Part shown: positions 36,125 to 45,322 of the stretch, piece by piece
Layout of the letters: each line of letters opens with the position of its first letter
Position numbering within the stretch: the first letter of the stretch is position 1
IMG/VR virus record: IMGVR_UViG_3300027740_000003
Coordinates: 32,001 to 96,000 of that record
Strand: one strand, 5' to 3'
Length of the DNA: 64,000 bases
Origin: a virus
Taxonomy: Duplodnaviria; Caudoviricetes
Notes under the pieces: model-generated
Told to the model about the DNA's origin: nothing
The model's database searches: none
What the model saw: only the letters and a program-made list of their open reading frames with translations
Translations under genes and position numbers: made by a program

Positions 36125-36355
36125 TTATTCTTCGTAAGTAAGTTTATATTCTGTCTGTGGAGGAAACTCTTCAATCCAGTGATGTGGCTCAATGTCTTTA
36201 AGCTCATACGATTTGCTAGTTGTTGTATCAATAACAACTAGGTTGGTATTGCAGCCACCAAATTCAATACGCAGCCCTAGCTCGTCTGCTTTACAACAAA
36301 GCTCATCAAATTTTTTAAAGAACGGACTCTCTTCCAATAAGCGAAATGTAGGCAT
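36125..36355 (-). CDS. hypothetical protein
   Basis: Tiling ORF. Confidence 0.7.
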   Translation of the reverse strand: MPTFRLLEESPFFKKFDELCCKADELGLRIEFGGCNTNLVVIDTTTSKSYELKDIEPHHWIEEFPPQTEYKLTYEE

Positions 36356-36402
36356 TTTATGTTCTCGTCCTTAGCTAACTTAACCAAGATTTAGAAATTT
36401 AT

Positions 36403-36618
36403 TTATTCGTTATTAGTTGTCGTGGCGTTCTTGGGCATTTTTGCTTTGGCAATAATTTTTGCAATTCCCACAATGCTTCTTTGGAACTGGTTGCTTCCGG
36501 CTATTTTTGGAATTAAAGAAATTGGATTGCTTCAGGCGGCTGGAATTAATTTGCTTTGTGGAATTCTTTTCAAGGACACCACGACAACTGCTCCCAAAAT
36601 AACAACCAACTTATCCAT
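36403..36618 (-). pseudogene. Small membrane-protein gene whose internal segment is inverted
   Basis: Promoter, SD and ATG on the minus strand; body on the plus strand (36422-36578); re-inverting between the inverted repeats gives an in-frame 71-aa protein. Confidence 0.8.
36415..36589. repeat. Imperfect 19-bp inverted repeats (36415-36433 and 36571-36589) with a perfect 11-bp core AGTTGTCGTGG
   Basis: 17/19 match, read directly. Confidence 0.9.
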
Positions 36619-36651
36619 TTGTTTCTCCTTCTTTCATCCAACGGTCAGCAC

Positions 36652-36679
36652 AACATAAGACCTATCGGCCCCGCGTCAA
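36652..36679 (-). promoter_or_regulatory. sigma70-like promoter
   Basis: TTGACG-N16-TATGTT. Confidence 0.8.
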
Positions 36680-36830
36680 GGGCTTACCGCCTATAGAAGC
36701 ATCTTCTTTCACGGGATTTTGATTAGAATACACAATTAGGTTAAGAGGCCCGGCACTATGAACACATTTGTATTTTGCCGCAATGTAATTGTCGGTTTTC
36801 CACTTGCCAATAAAAATTATAGATTTAACT

Positions 36831-37142
36831 TTATTGTCCTCCACAAACCCTCTTCCAGCTTTTTAGAAAGCTATGTATGTTTAGTTTTCCAATTGGATTA
36901 GCAGAATGAACATCATATTCTGGTACTGGTCCATCAGGATATTTTTCTACCAACCATTTAAGAAAATCCATTGTTGTTTCGTTTTTACCAAGGTCATGAT
37001 CTAAATCCATAAACTCTGGCAAACCAAGAACATTAATAAAACTTTTAGCCTCTGCAATAGAAGTTGCCGGAAGAAATCCATCAGGAGCCTCCCGTTCTTT
37101 TACTTCAAAAGACTGATCGTCTAACCAAAGTTTCCAGGACAT
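36831..37142 (-). CDS. Cyclic-phosphate-processing receiver domain protein
   Basis: LWLDD, MDLDHDLG, DFLKWL, VHSANPIG. Confidence 0.8.
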   Translation of the reverse strand: MSWKLWLDDQSFEVKEREAPDGFLPATSIAEAKSFINVLGLPEFMDLDHDLGKNETTMDFLKWLVEKYPDGPVPEYDVHSANPIGKLNIHSFLKSWKRVCGGQ

Positions 37143-37145
37143 ATG

Positions 37146-37466
37146 TTAAAACAATGTAAATAGAAATACAATACCACCAAAACAACCAAGCAACATTAAC
37201 ACGAATACAAAACAACCAACGCTTCCAACAATAGCATTAGTAATACATTGTGTGGTTGGATTTGTTCCTTCTAATTCTAAGGAATTAAAATACTTTAAAG
37301 CCCTGCTTGTGTCATCAAATTTAAACAGCCCGTAAAAAACAGACCTAAATTGATCTTTGTCTACACAAGGATTGTGTAGATCATACCAATCACAAATACC
37401 TTCTAAATCTTTTGCTTTAATCAAATCACGAGCAACTTCAATATCAAGGCTGGTTATTCTTGCCAT
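37146..37466 (-). CDS. hypothetical protein with C-terminal TM helix
   Basis: Hydrophobic C-terminus. Confidence 0.65.
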   Translation of the reverse strand: MARITSLDIEVARDLIKAKDLEGICDWYDLHNPCVDKDQFRSVFYGLFKFDDTSRALKYFNSLELEGTNPTTQCITNAIVGSVGCFVFVLMLLGCFGGIVFLFTLF

Positions 37467-37647
37467 TTGTTTTAATCCTTCTGTTCAAAAGAATTTTTCT
37501 AGCCAGCTGAAGAAGTTCTACTGGAATGTTGCTCCCAGCAATGTTGAACTCATATTTGGCTTCTTCAGCAAGTTCAACGACATTATAGCCGTCCAACCCA
37601 GAAGTATCTTCCATGAATTTTTTAATTCTATCTACTCTGTCCATCAC
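37444..37647 (-). CDS. hypothetical protein
   Basis: Tiling ORF. Confidence 0.6.
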   Translation of the reverse strand: MMDRVDRIKKFMEDTSGLDGYNVVELAEEAKYEFNIAGSNIPVELLQLARKILLNRRIKTNGKNNQP

Positions 37648-37659
37648 TCTTTTCCATAT

Positions 37660-38001
37660 TTAGATTAGATCCAAAAATCCACCATGCAAAAGACAATCCA
37701 AAACATATTGTCTGCGGGCTCCGGCAGTTTGTTTACGAAGATTTTCTCTTTCATCATCTGATAGAGAAGAAGTAGACTCCAAATGATCTAGGTATCCAGC
37801 CTTTTTTAAGCCTTCACGCATACTGTACCAATCAATTGGCACAGAACATTTCTTAGCAATATTTGCCAATGCGCCATACCAAGTTCCAGGCAATCCTAAA
37901 TTGGTCCAGGCGTCCAAAATGTCTTGATCTGATTGTTTTGCAATGTTCTTAAGCCAAGTAAGAACAATAATCTCGTCCGGAGCAAATGTATTCATTGCCA
38001 T
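37660..38001 (-). CDS. hypothetical protein
   Basis: Tiling ORF. Confidence 0.65.
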   Translation of the reverse strand: MAMNTFAPDEIIVLTWLKNIAKQSDQDILDAWTNLGLPGTWYGALANIAKKCSVPIDWYSMREGLKKAGYLDHLESTSSLSDDERENLRKQTAGARRQYVLDCLLHGGFLDLI

Positions 38002-38016
38002 AATTAATTTCCTTTC

Positions 38017-38469
38017 TTAAATAATCCATTTGGGTTCTTTTCCTAGAATCCACATTCCTTTGTCATCACAAATTTGAAGCCCAGAATTAAGTCTTTGCCA
38101 TATAATATCTTTGTCTGTTTTGAAACTCCAACCATTTGGAGCATTTCCCATCTCAGCATACCAGTTTTTGATGTAATTAGTAATTTCTTCAGAAGTTTTT
38201 GCGGGGCAAACACCACAATTCATCAAAGAACAGTTCCCACCAAATGGTTCTGTTGTAAACATTACATCATAAATATACCAACCCGAATGATTATTTCTAA
38301 CTACTTCTAGTTCAAAACTTCGTACAATAACATTAAAACCAGAACAGTCGTTAATTAAATCTCCCTTAGATAAATTCAGAGCCCATTGTAGAATGTCTCT
38401 CTGAGACTTTGGTACAGATTTTAGAAAAGCAAGCCTGTTATAATTGTGATATAACCTATGGGGTTTCAT
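38017..38469 (-). CDS. hypothetical protein
   Basis: Tiling ORF. Confidence 0.65.
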   Translation of the reverse strand: MKPHRLYHNYNRLAFLKSVPKSQRDILQWALNLSKGDLINDCSGFNVIVRSFELEVVRNNHSGWYIYDVMFTTEPFGGNCSLMNCGVCPAKTSEEITNYIKNWYAEMGNAPNGWSFKTDKDIIWQRLNSGLQICDDKGMWILGKEPKWII

Positions 38470-38954
38470 TTAATTTCTGTTTCGCAATTGATGTCAATAA
38501 ATTTTTGCGATAATTCTTCGGCCGCTTGTTTTGATATTTGATATCCAATAATCACTGGAAGTGAATTTAGATGTTTAACAGCTTCGGCCACTGTAATATC
38601 AACAAGTTCTCTAAGAAGTTTTGCTGTTTTTATTTTATCAACGAAAGATATTAGATAACAATTATAAAATTGTTCATTGTCATTTTCGAATGGCATTGCA
38701 TAGGCACTTGGCCCATTAAATATGTATGAATCATCATCGTCATTTGCTCGATCTAAAAATTCATCGTACCACATGGTTAAACTATAATCTGTCTCGTCGT
38801 TAATGATAGAATCGAAAACAATACCCTCATCATTCAAAGTATAATGACGTTGGCAAATATCTCCATCAATTTCGCCATCCTCAAAAATAACCTTCACCGA
38901 ATCTGCCGAAGCAATCTCGGTATAATTCTCACCTTTGAATACTAATACTTTCAT
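38466..38954 (-). CDS. Protein with a C-terminal ribosomal L7/L12-CTD-like domain
   Basis: KIKTAKLLRELVDITVAEAVKHLNSLPVIIGYQISKQAAEELSQKF. Confidence 0.6.
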   Translation of the reverse strand: MKVLVFKGENYTEIASADSVKVIFEDGEIDGDICQRHYTLNDEGIVFDSIINDETDYSLTMWYDEFLDRANDDDDSYIFNGPSAYAMPFENDNEQFYNCYLISFVDKIKTAKLLRELVDITVAEAVKHLNSLPVIIGYQISKQAAEELSQKFIDINCETEIK

Positions 38955-38962
38955 TGCTTCTC

Positions 38963-39352
38963 CTATGAGTTTGGTGCAATTACGGTTTGAATTGCGGCCC
39001 CAGCAATCTTTGCCATTGTTTTAACAACATCTTCATCAGATTTGGCAAAAAAGAAATACCACTCGTTGTCTCTTACCTCAAATGCATAACAAATAACTTG
39101 TGAAGAATTACAGTTATTACAAAAGAAATAGAAATCCCAGTTGGCAATAAAACCCAAACTATTTATCATATCCTCCATTCCGCAACCTAGTTTGTTAGAA
39201 CAAACCGATCCATGACAAAATTGAGCCAATCCATTTTTGCTACCATTATCCTTGTGAAGGATATCACATAGCGAATCATATAGCTTTTCTGCTTTTAAAA
39301 AGCAGTAAAAAGCATCACTAACAGATCCTGTTTTTGGAAATACAAATTTCAT
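38963..39352 (-). CDS. hypothetical protein
   Basis: Start likely MKFVFP. Confidence 0.6.
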   Translation of the reverse strand: MKFVFPKTGSVSDAFYCFLKAEKLYDSLCDILHKDNGSKNGLAQFCHGSVCSNKLGCGMEDMINSLGFIANWDFYFFCNNCNSSQVICYAFEVRDNEWYFFFAKSDEDVVKTMAKIAGAAIQTVIAPNS

Positions 39353-39357
39353 TACTT

Positions 39358-39684
39358 TTATTCCTTTCCTGCTTCTACACAATCGGCTCTCATTTTACAA
39401 ATAATTCTGCCGTTCTTAACAGTTCCAAAACTTACGCCAGGAATCATACAAAGAGATTCAAGAAAACCAACTGTGTTGTCCAGCGAAAATGCTGGGCCAT
39501 AAACACACCACCTATTAAATAAATAAGTGTCGGCCATCTTGGCATCATAAACAACCGTTCCGTCTGAACAATTCTCTAGAAACTCTCTGATTGGTTTTAG
39601 ATTAATCACTAAAGGCTTCTCGCCATCATACCCATCAAGATGCCATTGGCCTTTTCCCCGGCCCAGAATAGCTTTGGTTAACAT
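39358..39684 (-). CDS. hypothetical protein
   Basis: Tiling ORF. Confidence 0.65.
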   Translation of the reverse strand: MLTKAILGRGKGQWHLDGYDGEKPLVINLKPIREFLENCSDGTVVYDAKMADTYLFNRWCVYGPAFSLDNTVGFLESLCMIPGVSFGTVKNGRIICKMRADCVEAGKE

Positions 39685-39687
39685 AAT

Positions 39688-39939
39688 TTATTTTGACCAA
39701 CCTTCCCAGTTTTCCCTATCTTTTACAAGATAGTCTGTACAGGTTTTGCAAGCATTGTCGTTGTATGGCCGTTTTAGTTTACCACATATGAAACATATAG
39801 AATTTTCATATAGCTCAAAAACTTTGAAAGCCAAAACAAAAGAATAAGCAAAGAGAAAAATGGCCAGTATTAAAATTACTATAAGTAGTAGTAAATTTGC
39901 CATAAGTCCCATTACAGACCACATATTATTTTCCAACAC
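39688..39939 (-). CDS. membrane protein with CxxC...CxxC motif
   Basis: N-terminal TM; CFICG...CKTC. Confidence 0.65.
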   Translation of the reverse strand: MLENNMWSVMGLMANLLLLIVILILAIFLFAYSFVLAFKVFELYENSICFICGKLKRPYNDNACKTCTDYLVKDRENWEGWSK

Positions 39940-40117
39940 TCCTTCTTTTTACACAAAACTCACAATTGCAGCATTCGCCATTACATTTAATGTTTCCACA
40001 TGTTTCACATGGTTCAGGATCCGGTTCACATAAATCACAGTAAACATCACATCCTTCTAGTTCTTTTTCAAGAACAGGATTAACACAAATATCTGCATTG
40101 CATTTAATGCACTTCAT
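39926..40117 (-). CDS. small Cys-rich protein
   Basis: Multiple CxxC pairs. Confidence 0.6.
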   Translation of the reverse strand: MKCIKCNADICVNPVLEKELEGCDVYCDLCEPDPEPCETCGNIKCNGECCNCEFCVKRRSVGK

Positions 40118-40368
40118 TCTTCCTCTTCAATAAATTCTCCGCAATCATCAATAACACCGTTATCAACAAGAAATTGCTTTAGAGAACCTCCAGTGCCAAA
40201 GTATTCCTCGGCTTTAATGCCAGTCTCAAGGCTGGCCAGCCAATATGCTCTGGCACGATTATATTCATTAGAAGAAGCATTGACTCTAAAAATATCTGTT
40301 AGTTTACTATAATCAGCGCACATTCTATCATAGATATCAGATAGATCTCTTCGGTCCTGTTGTCGCAT
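40114..40368 (-). CDS. hypothetical protein
   Basis: Start moved to ATG at 40368 (GGAGG upstream, downstream of the promoter). Confidence 0.7.
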   Translation of the reverse strand: MRQQDRRDLSDIYDRMCADYSKLTDIFRVNASSNEYNRARAYWLASLETGIKAEEYFGTGGSLKQFLVDNGVIDDCGEFIEEEE

Positions 40369-40393
40369 AATGTCCTCCGGTGGTTCAGGCTCC

Positions 40394-40421
40394 AATGTAG
40401 CCACTCACTGGCCAGAGTCAA
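40394..40421 (-). promoter_or_regulatory. sigma70-like promoter
   Basis: TTGACT-N16-TACATT. Confidence 0.7.
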
Positions 40422-40548
40422 GGCTCCGCGTCAATTTTAGCATGAATGACGTGGGGCCAATCTAAAAACCCCCTCATTAAAGAAATCACGAATCTTTCTA
40501 GCATAATAGCCCTAGTTCTTAATCAGAATAAACTTCTACTTATAATTA

Positions 40549-41076
40549 TTAGGGCTTCATAGTTTTGGCCATATCAACCAGATCTAAAATCGCACTATAT
40601 TCTGGATTAATTAGATGCTGTATGGAGGCGTCAATATTAAAAATCATAATAATAGAAACAAGAACAGCTGCAATTGCAGGCAATATTCTACAGCAAACAA
40701 TCCAGGCATCATCATCATAATCTGGTTTTTTATACCATTTATTAATGGTACGATAGTACATATAAGTCAAAAGGAAAAACATTAAAGAAACAAAAATGTT
40801 TTTCATTGCTTTAACATACTGTTGTAAAATCAAAATGCGCCACACCTCGGGAGCAACTTTTTTAACAGTGTCCCCAACAACAGAAGCACTATCCCTAATA
40901 ATAGAGAATGTTTCTGATACTGTCTTGTCTGCTACTCCAGCAAATGTTGAAGCCGTTGCAACACTAGAAACAGGCGCTGGGGCAGCCACGGCACTGGCAG
41001 ATGTTGCTTGAGCAAATGCCATATTGGCACAGAAAAACATCGTTAAAATGGATCCTAGAAACATATTCTTCTTCAT
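40549..41076 (-). CDS. Membrane protein with signal peptide
   Basis: AFA|QA signal peptidase-like site, Ala-rich linker, two TM helices. Confidence 0.75.
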   Translation of the reverse strand: MKKNMFLGSILTMFFCANMAFAQATSASAVAAPAPVSSVATASTFAGVADKTVSETFSIIRDSASVVGDTVKKVAPEVWRILILQQYVKAMKNIFVSLMFFLLTYMYYRTINKWYKKPDYDDDAWIVCCRILPAIAAVLVSIIMIFNIDASIQHLINPEYSAILDLVDMAKTMKP

Positions 41077-41088
41077 TTTATTTTACTT

Positions 41089-41235
41089 TTAATCATGATC
41101 ATGATCATGATCATTGCAATTACAACTACGATTACCGAACTTAACTCTTAGCCAACACAAACATGGCGAAAGAAAAGTCAACGCAAACACAATCCACATT
41201 GGCGCATCATGAATTGGATTTCCACAACAGTGCAT
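41089..41235 (-). CDS. small membrane protein with CC/H N-terminus and (DH)n tail
   Basis: MHCCGNPIHD..TM..CNCNDHDHDHD. Confidence 0.55.
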   Translation of the reverse strand: MHCCGNPIHDAPMWIVFALTFLSPCLCWLRVKFGNRSCNCNDHDHDHD

Positions 41236-41237
41236 AA

Positions 41238-41543
41238 TCAGACCCTTTCCTCTAAGGAAATTGAAGGAACAACTACCCACGGCCCACTATTAGATCCTTG
41301 ATGTTGGTTTCCCCACCGAATAAAATACTTGTCAGAATTATACATTTCCATTTTTTTAAGAAACGAACGGAATTCTTTTGAATCAACAGAAATTTTCGAC
41401 TCAAAAGAACGCCAATTTTCTTTTATATAACAGTGGCCAAAAGAATTTCTGGCCCATTCAATAATGTTTGGATAACAAACCGTCATCCAATTAAACTCAT
41501 CATAAATACTATTGTGGATAACAAGAACGACATTAGTTATCAT
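41238..41543 (-). CDS. hypothetical protein
   Basis: Tiling ORF. Confidence 0.65.
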   Translation of the reverse strand: MITNVVLVIHNSIYDEFNWMTVCYPNIIEWARNSFGHCYIKENWRSFESKISVDSKEFRSFLKKMEMYNSDKYFIRWGNQHQGSNSGPWVVVPSISLEERV

Positions 41544-41546
41544 TTG

Positions 41547-41882
41547 TTAATCCTTTAGTTCAATCGTTTGAATTGAATAATCCAAGTAATAACCTGTTAC
41601 TCTAGAGTGTCCGTCTGAATCAAATTCAGAAATTACCTGCTTTAAAATATTTATTGATATAGACCATTTGATATCATAGCTACGTTTGTTATTTGTATTT
41701 ACAACAATATCTGGAAAACTATTACTGTATTTCTTAACAGCAGAAATAATCCTCTCCAAGAATTCTTCTGCACTATTCAGTGTCTCAAAAGCAACTACGT
41801 TCCATTCCTGGTTAAATTCGTATCCATCATAATTTTCCGCCTTGACAATATATATCTTTTTCACCACGGATTGTTTTCCCAT
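41547..41882 (-). CDS. hypothetical protein
   Basis: Tiling ORF. Confidence 0.65.
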   Translation of the reverse strand: MGKQSVVKKIYIVKAENYDGYEFNQEWNVVAFETLNSAEEFLERIISAVKKYSNSFPDIVVNTNNKRSYDIKWSISINILKQVISEFDSDGHSRVTGYYLDYSIQTIELKD

Positions 41883-42208
41883 AGTTTTATGACCTCCTCT
41901 AAAGAATCACATTGCTTCGGCAATGGCCTGTCATCTTTAACCTCAGAACACTTAATGACACGTTCAAAATCTTTCGGATTTCTTGTGGCAAATTCTATTT
42001 CATACTTAGCTTTTTCATCACTACAACCGGCTAGTGTTGCTCCAATAAATTTTAACTCGAACCGATCTGGCATATCACACCAAGTTAGTTTATTGTTCCT
42101 ATCAAATACATAGGTAATAATAATTCTGCCACCGTTCAAGCTAGATACAAAATCAGGTTCCCAATTCTCTGTATCATCAATCTTTACATAACGAAAATCA
42201 CTGGCCAT
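41861..42208 (-). CDS. hypothetical protein
   Basis: First gene after a promoter. Confidence 0.7.
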   Translation of the reverse strand: MASDFRYVKIDDTENWEPDFVSSLNGGRIIITYVFDRNNKLTWCDMPDRFELKFIGATLAGCSDEKAKYEIEFATRNPKDFERVIKCSEVKDDRPLPKQCDSLEEVIKLWENNPW

Positions 42209-42226
42209 AGCTTGCCTTCACAGCCC

Positions 42227-42254
42227 ATCATAACCACCAGACCCGCAGTGTCAA
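42227..42254 (-). promoter_or_regulatory. sigma70-like promoter
   Basis: TTGACA-N16-TATGAT; the upstream gene's TGA lies within the -35 box. Confidence 0.8.
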
Positions 42255-42511
42255 CCCGGCCCGATTTCCTCAATCAGCGTCTTTAGTGCTCTTAATTGCC
42301 TTTCTAAATTCGCTTGCTCTTCCTTGGCCAGAGGCAGCAACGCCAAGCTAGCAGCCTTTGTTGAGGTAAATTTTCCAACTTCAGTTTTGTCTGGCCCGTG
42401 TCCATCATACAATGTATAATTTCCATTCAGATGATTTAATAATGAAAATGTTTTAGAACCAACATTAACTATGCTGGTTTTGCAACCGCAATCGCAATAT
42501 GTCCACTTCAT
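42251..42511 (-). CDS. hypothetical protein
   Basis: CDCGC N-terminus; C-terminal coiled coil. Confidence 0.7.
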   Translation of the reverse strand: MKWTYCDCGCKTSIVNVGSKTFSLLNHLNGNYTLYDGHGPDKTEVGKFTSTKAASLALLPLAKEEQANLERQLRALKTLIEEIGPG

Positions 42512-43452
42512 AAAGCATCTACTTTCTCGTTAAATCTACATTTGAAATCCATACAATATTTTTTGCAAATAGGATCTTCGTAAGAATCATGCTTTTCAAA
42601 CCAAGCATATCTTTCAGCTTCATTGTTAGAATTAAATTCACCAATAGGAGAACCACCTTCTCTAGCATAAACAGCACAAGGAAAATAATACTTACCAGCA
42701 ATCGTTATGTCATCTTTAACCAGATGACACTTGTGAGATAGCCCGAGACTAGAACCTCTCATATTTTTGCCAGCATTAAAATTGTCTACTCTAAATTTTA
42801 GAATAGGATGCTTAGACAAAATATCATCCGGAATATCTAGCTCCAGAACTTTATTATACTTTGTTGCAGTCATTAACCGAATATCATCAACTCCAAGATC
42901 AGAAACAAATTTAATAATATCCTGATAAAAACCTATATTATCATCGTTTAACACGACACCAACATTAGTATAAACTAACGAAGATATTTCTTTAATGTTA
43001 TTAACAACTGTATCGAAAACATTGTCTACTAATGTGAACTGTCGATTAAGTTGTTTTTTATGAACATCAAGAGATATAGAAAATAATTCTATTCCGGAAT
43101 CAACCAAAAAAGTATAGTATGAAAGCGGTTTAGATCCATTAGTTGAAATGCCTGCTCTCATACCGTGAGATTTAATCTCATTGATTATTTCTGGCAAATC
43201 TTTTCTTGTGGAAGGTTCTCCGCCAGTTAAATGAACATATTTGCACTGCTCCCAAGACAACAGTGTAATTATGTTTTTCGCCTGATTATAGGTGGGGTCT
43301 ATAGCAAGCTCCCCTTTTAGAGGATTGCAATATGGACATTTAAAATTACAATGCGAAGTAATTATCCATTCACAATATGAAATCCTGCCGGGAGCAATTG
43401 TTTTTGCCCGCTCTTCAATTACTTCTAGAAACCCTATGTCCTCAAGTTTCAT
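42508..43452 (-). CDS. radical SAM protein with C-terminal Cys cluster (SPASM/twitch-like)
   Basis: CNFKCPYC, TGGEP, STNG; C-terminal CHL..YFPC..CKKYC. Confidence 0.9.
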   Translation of the reverse strand: MKLEDIGFLEVIEERAKTIAPGRISYCEWIITSHCNFKCPYCNPLKGELAIDPTYNQAKNIITLLSWEQCKYVHLTGGEPSTRKDLPEIINEIKSHGMRAGISTNGSKPLSYYTFLVDSGIELFSISLDVHKKQLNRQFTLVDNVFDTVVNNIKEISSLVYTNVGVVLNDDNIGFYQDIIKFVSDLGVDDIRLMTATKYNKVLELDIPDDILSKHPILKFRVDNFNAGKNMRGSSLGLSHKCHLVKDDITIAGKYYFPCAVYAREGGSPIGEFNSNNEAERYAWFEKHDSYEDPICKKYCMDFKCRFNEKVDAL

Positions 43453-43453
43453 G

Positions 43454-43636
43454 TTAAAAATTTCTCAAATTAATACGTTTCTTTTGCCATTTATAACACC
43501 AACCATTTGGTTCGGTATTAGAATCCCAATTGCTACAATAAGTATAAGGCTCCCACTCTGCGATGTTGTCGCAACAACAACAAAGTTTTTTGAAAATAGG
43601 TAGTCTTTTTCCTCTTGTTAATTTAAACTTGAGCAT
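43454..43636 (-). CDS. small Cys-rich protein
   Basis: CCCCD...YC...GWC. Confidence 0.55.
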   Translation of the reverse strand: MLKFKLTRGKRLPIFKKLCCCCDNIAEWEPYTYCSNWDSNTEPNGWCYKWQKKRINLRNF

Positions 43637-43655
43637 TACTTAATTCCTTCAACAT

Positions 43656-43964
43656 TTACCTCAGATATGCTACTGAATGTGGATTGCATCCATACAAAGG
43701 ATTTGCTCCAAAAATATTACCTCTGGGAACCTTTTTTGGTTCAGGGGCCTTCCAGCCGGCTGGCTTTAGAATGTTTCCATTGGATTTATCAATGAAACAA
43801 TATACGCAACGCTGAGAATCAACCTGAACTACCCTAATATACTTTAAACCAGGTTCAAGTTCAACCTTTGGAGGTTGAAGATTAGTATAGTGCTGCGCAA
43901 AATATGCCCTCCACATATCTTGCAAAAGATTAACCCAATTCTGTAGAGCAGTATCAAAGTCCAT
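43656..43964 (-). CDS. conserved phage hypothetical protein
   Basis: KYIRVV....VYCFIDK.NG.ILKPAGWKAP...RGNIF motif. Confidence 0.75.
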   Translation of the reverse strand: MDFDTALQNWVNLLQDMWRAYFAQHYTNLQPPKVELEPGLKYIRVVQVDSQRCVYCFIDKSNGNILKPAGWKAPEPKKVPRGNIFGANPLYGCNPHSVAYLR

Positions 43965-44129
43965 TATTTACATACCTCACAACATTTGTCATAAGATTCT
44001 AGACACTTTGTATTATCCATACCTTTGTCAAGGCAAGTTTCCATGTTGTTCCCACATTGGATTATGCATTCGCTTTTACAAGAGAAACAAAACATGGAAA
44101 CTACAAAAATTAGAATTAGCTTATTCATA

Positions 44130-44333
44130 TTACTCCAGAATATATGTAATCTCTCTCTTGGTTTCTACTCTAGAAACCTTAATTGGTCCATGTTTTGTAT
44201 TACAGTCCTCAACAACACTCTCTGTAATAACAATTGCCCACTTGCCAAGCCTCATCTCAATTTTAAATTGAGCATTATCATACACTGAACACAAATCTTC
44301 AGCAAGACTAGTAATATCGTTTATGTCGAACAT
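44130..44333 (-). CDS. hypothetical protein
   Basis: Tiling ORF. Confidence 0.6.
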   Translation of the reverse strand: MFDINDITSLAEDLCSVYDNAQFKIEMRLGKWAIVITESVVEDCNTKHGPIKVSRVETKREITYILE

Positions 44334-44521
44334 TGGATCTCCTCAAAAAACCTAACATCATAACCTTCCCAACTTTTGGGGATTCTATCCTCTAGATACG
44401 CCGGGCCATAAACTGAAATGTATTCCGACGAATCTCCCGGAAAAACAAATGTAATATACTTTGCCCCTTTTAACCAAGAAGATAACGACCTAATCAACTC
44501 ATCCCTGTTCTCAAGCTTCAT
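44321..44521 (-). CDS. hypothetical protein
   Basis: Tiling ORF. Confidence 0.6.
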   Translation of the reverse strand: MKLENRDELIRSLSSWLKGAKYITFVFPGDSSEYISVYGPAYLEDRIPKSWEGYDVRFFEEIQCST

Positions 44522-44523
44522 AT

Positions 44524-44718
44524 CTATACCTTTGCAACCTTTACGAACGTTGCCATTTCTTCAATTTTATTACACAATGCTTTTTGCGAAATGTTCTTTG
44601 GCAAATTCATTGCTAGTACAATTGCCTGTCTATTATCTTTGGTAAGCTGCTTTATGAAAGCTTTTCTTTCATCAGGCAGCATTATCAAAAGATCGTGTAG
44701 CGTTTTTTGTAGCTCCAT
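44524..44718 (-). CDS. hypothetical protein
   Basis: Tiling ORF. Confidence 0.55.
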   Translation of the reverse strand: MELQKTLHDLLIMLPDERKAFIKQLTKDNRQAIVLAMNLPKNISQKALCNKIEEMATFVKVAKV

Positions 44719-45322
44719 TGTAGAACCTAAAACAGTTTTCCGATTCTACCCAGTATACCAGCCCCATGGATTCCATTTTCTTCCAAACAGAAAAAGCTTC
44801 TTTTGTTATACAGGTAGAGCTCCTTAGTGCCAAACCTTTTTCTGCATAATGTTTTGCAGCTTCTTGATATAGTGCCAAAGCAATTCCTTTCCTTCTATAT
44901 TCTCGTTTTACGCTAATATAGGCAGGAAACGGATTGTCTACATGACACTTCCTAAAAGTGTCAAATTGATCTTCGTATCTATTTTTAACCAAAGCCTCTG
45001 TTTCTAGAAATAATTCATCAAAATTTTTATAAACAGGTTTAACATAATACCTATGATGGAGATTAATCAAATCATCTAATGTAAGATGAGATTTTATATC
45101 AATAGTGTCTCTTGAGCAACTAAGACAATGCCCACCAATCCTACAAATATAATCAAAAATTGATTTGTACCATTTGTTGTATTCAACAAGTGGAATGTTT
45201 TCCACTTTTAGATAGGCAGCTTCTTCACCATCAATAACAGCAGTTAGCTGATCTACAACCCATCCCCGATTCTCTGGATAAATATTCTCTTGCCAGATAA
45301 GTTCCACGACTAATTCCTCCAA
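44672..45322 (-). CDS. GNAT-fold acetyltransferase domain protein
   Basis: YISVKREYRRKGIALALY (motif A R/QxxGxA), EAFSVWKKM. Confidence 0.75.
   Translation of the reverse strand: MEELVVELIWQENIYPENRGWVVDQLTAVIDGEEAAYLKVENIPLVEYNKWYKSIFDYICRIGGHCLSCSRDTIDIKSHLTLDDLINLHHRYYVKPVYKNFDELFLETEALVKNRYEDQFDTFRKCHVDNPFPAYISVKREYRRKGIALALYQEAAKHYAEKGLALRSSTCITKEAFSVWKKMESMGLVYWVESENCFRFYNGATKNATRSFDNAA

Noticed and set aside
36662-36844. 60-aa minus-strand ORF
   Set aside because: It runs through a promoter and has no recognisable features; cannot be supported.
44026-44031. TTGACA upstream of the 43656-43964 gene
   Set aside because: No TAnnnT box at 16-18 bp spacing, so it was not counted as a promoter.
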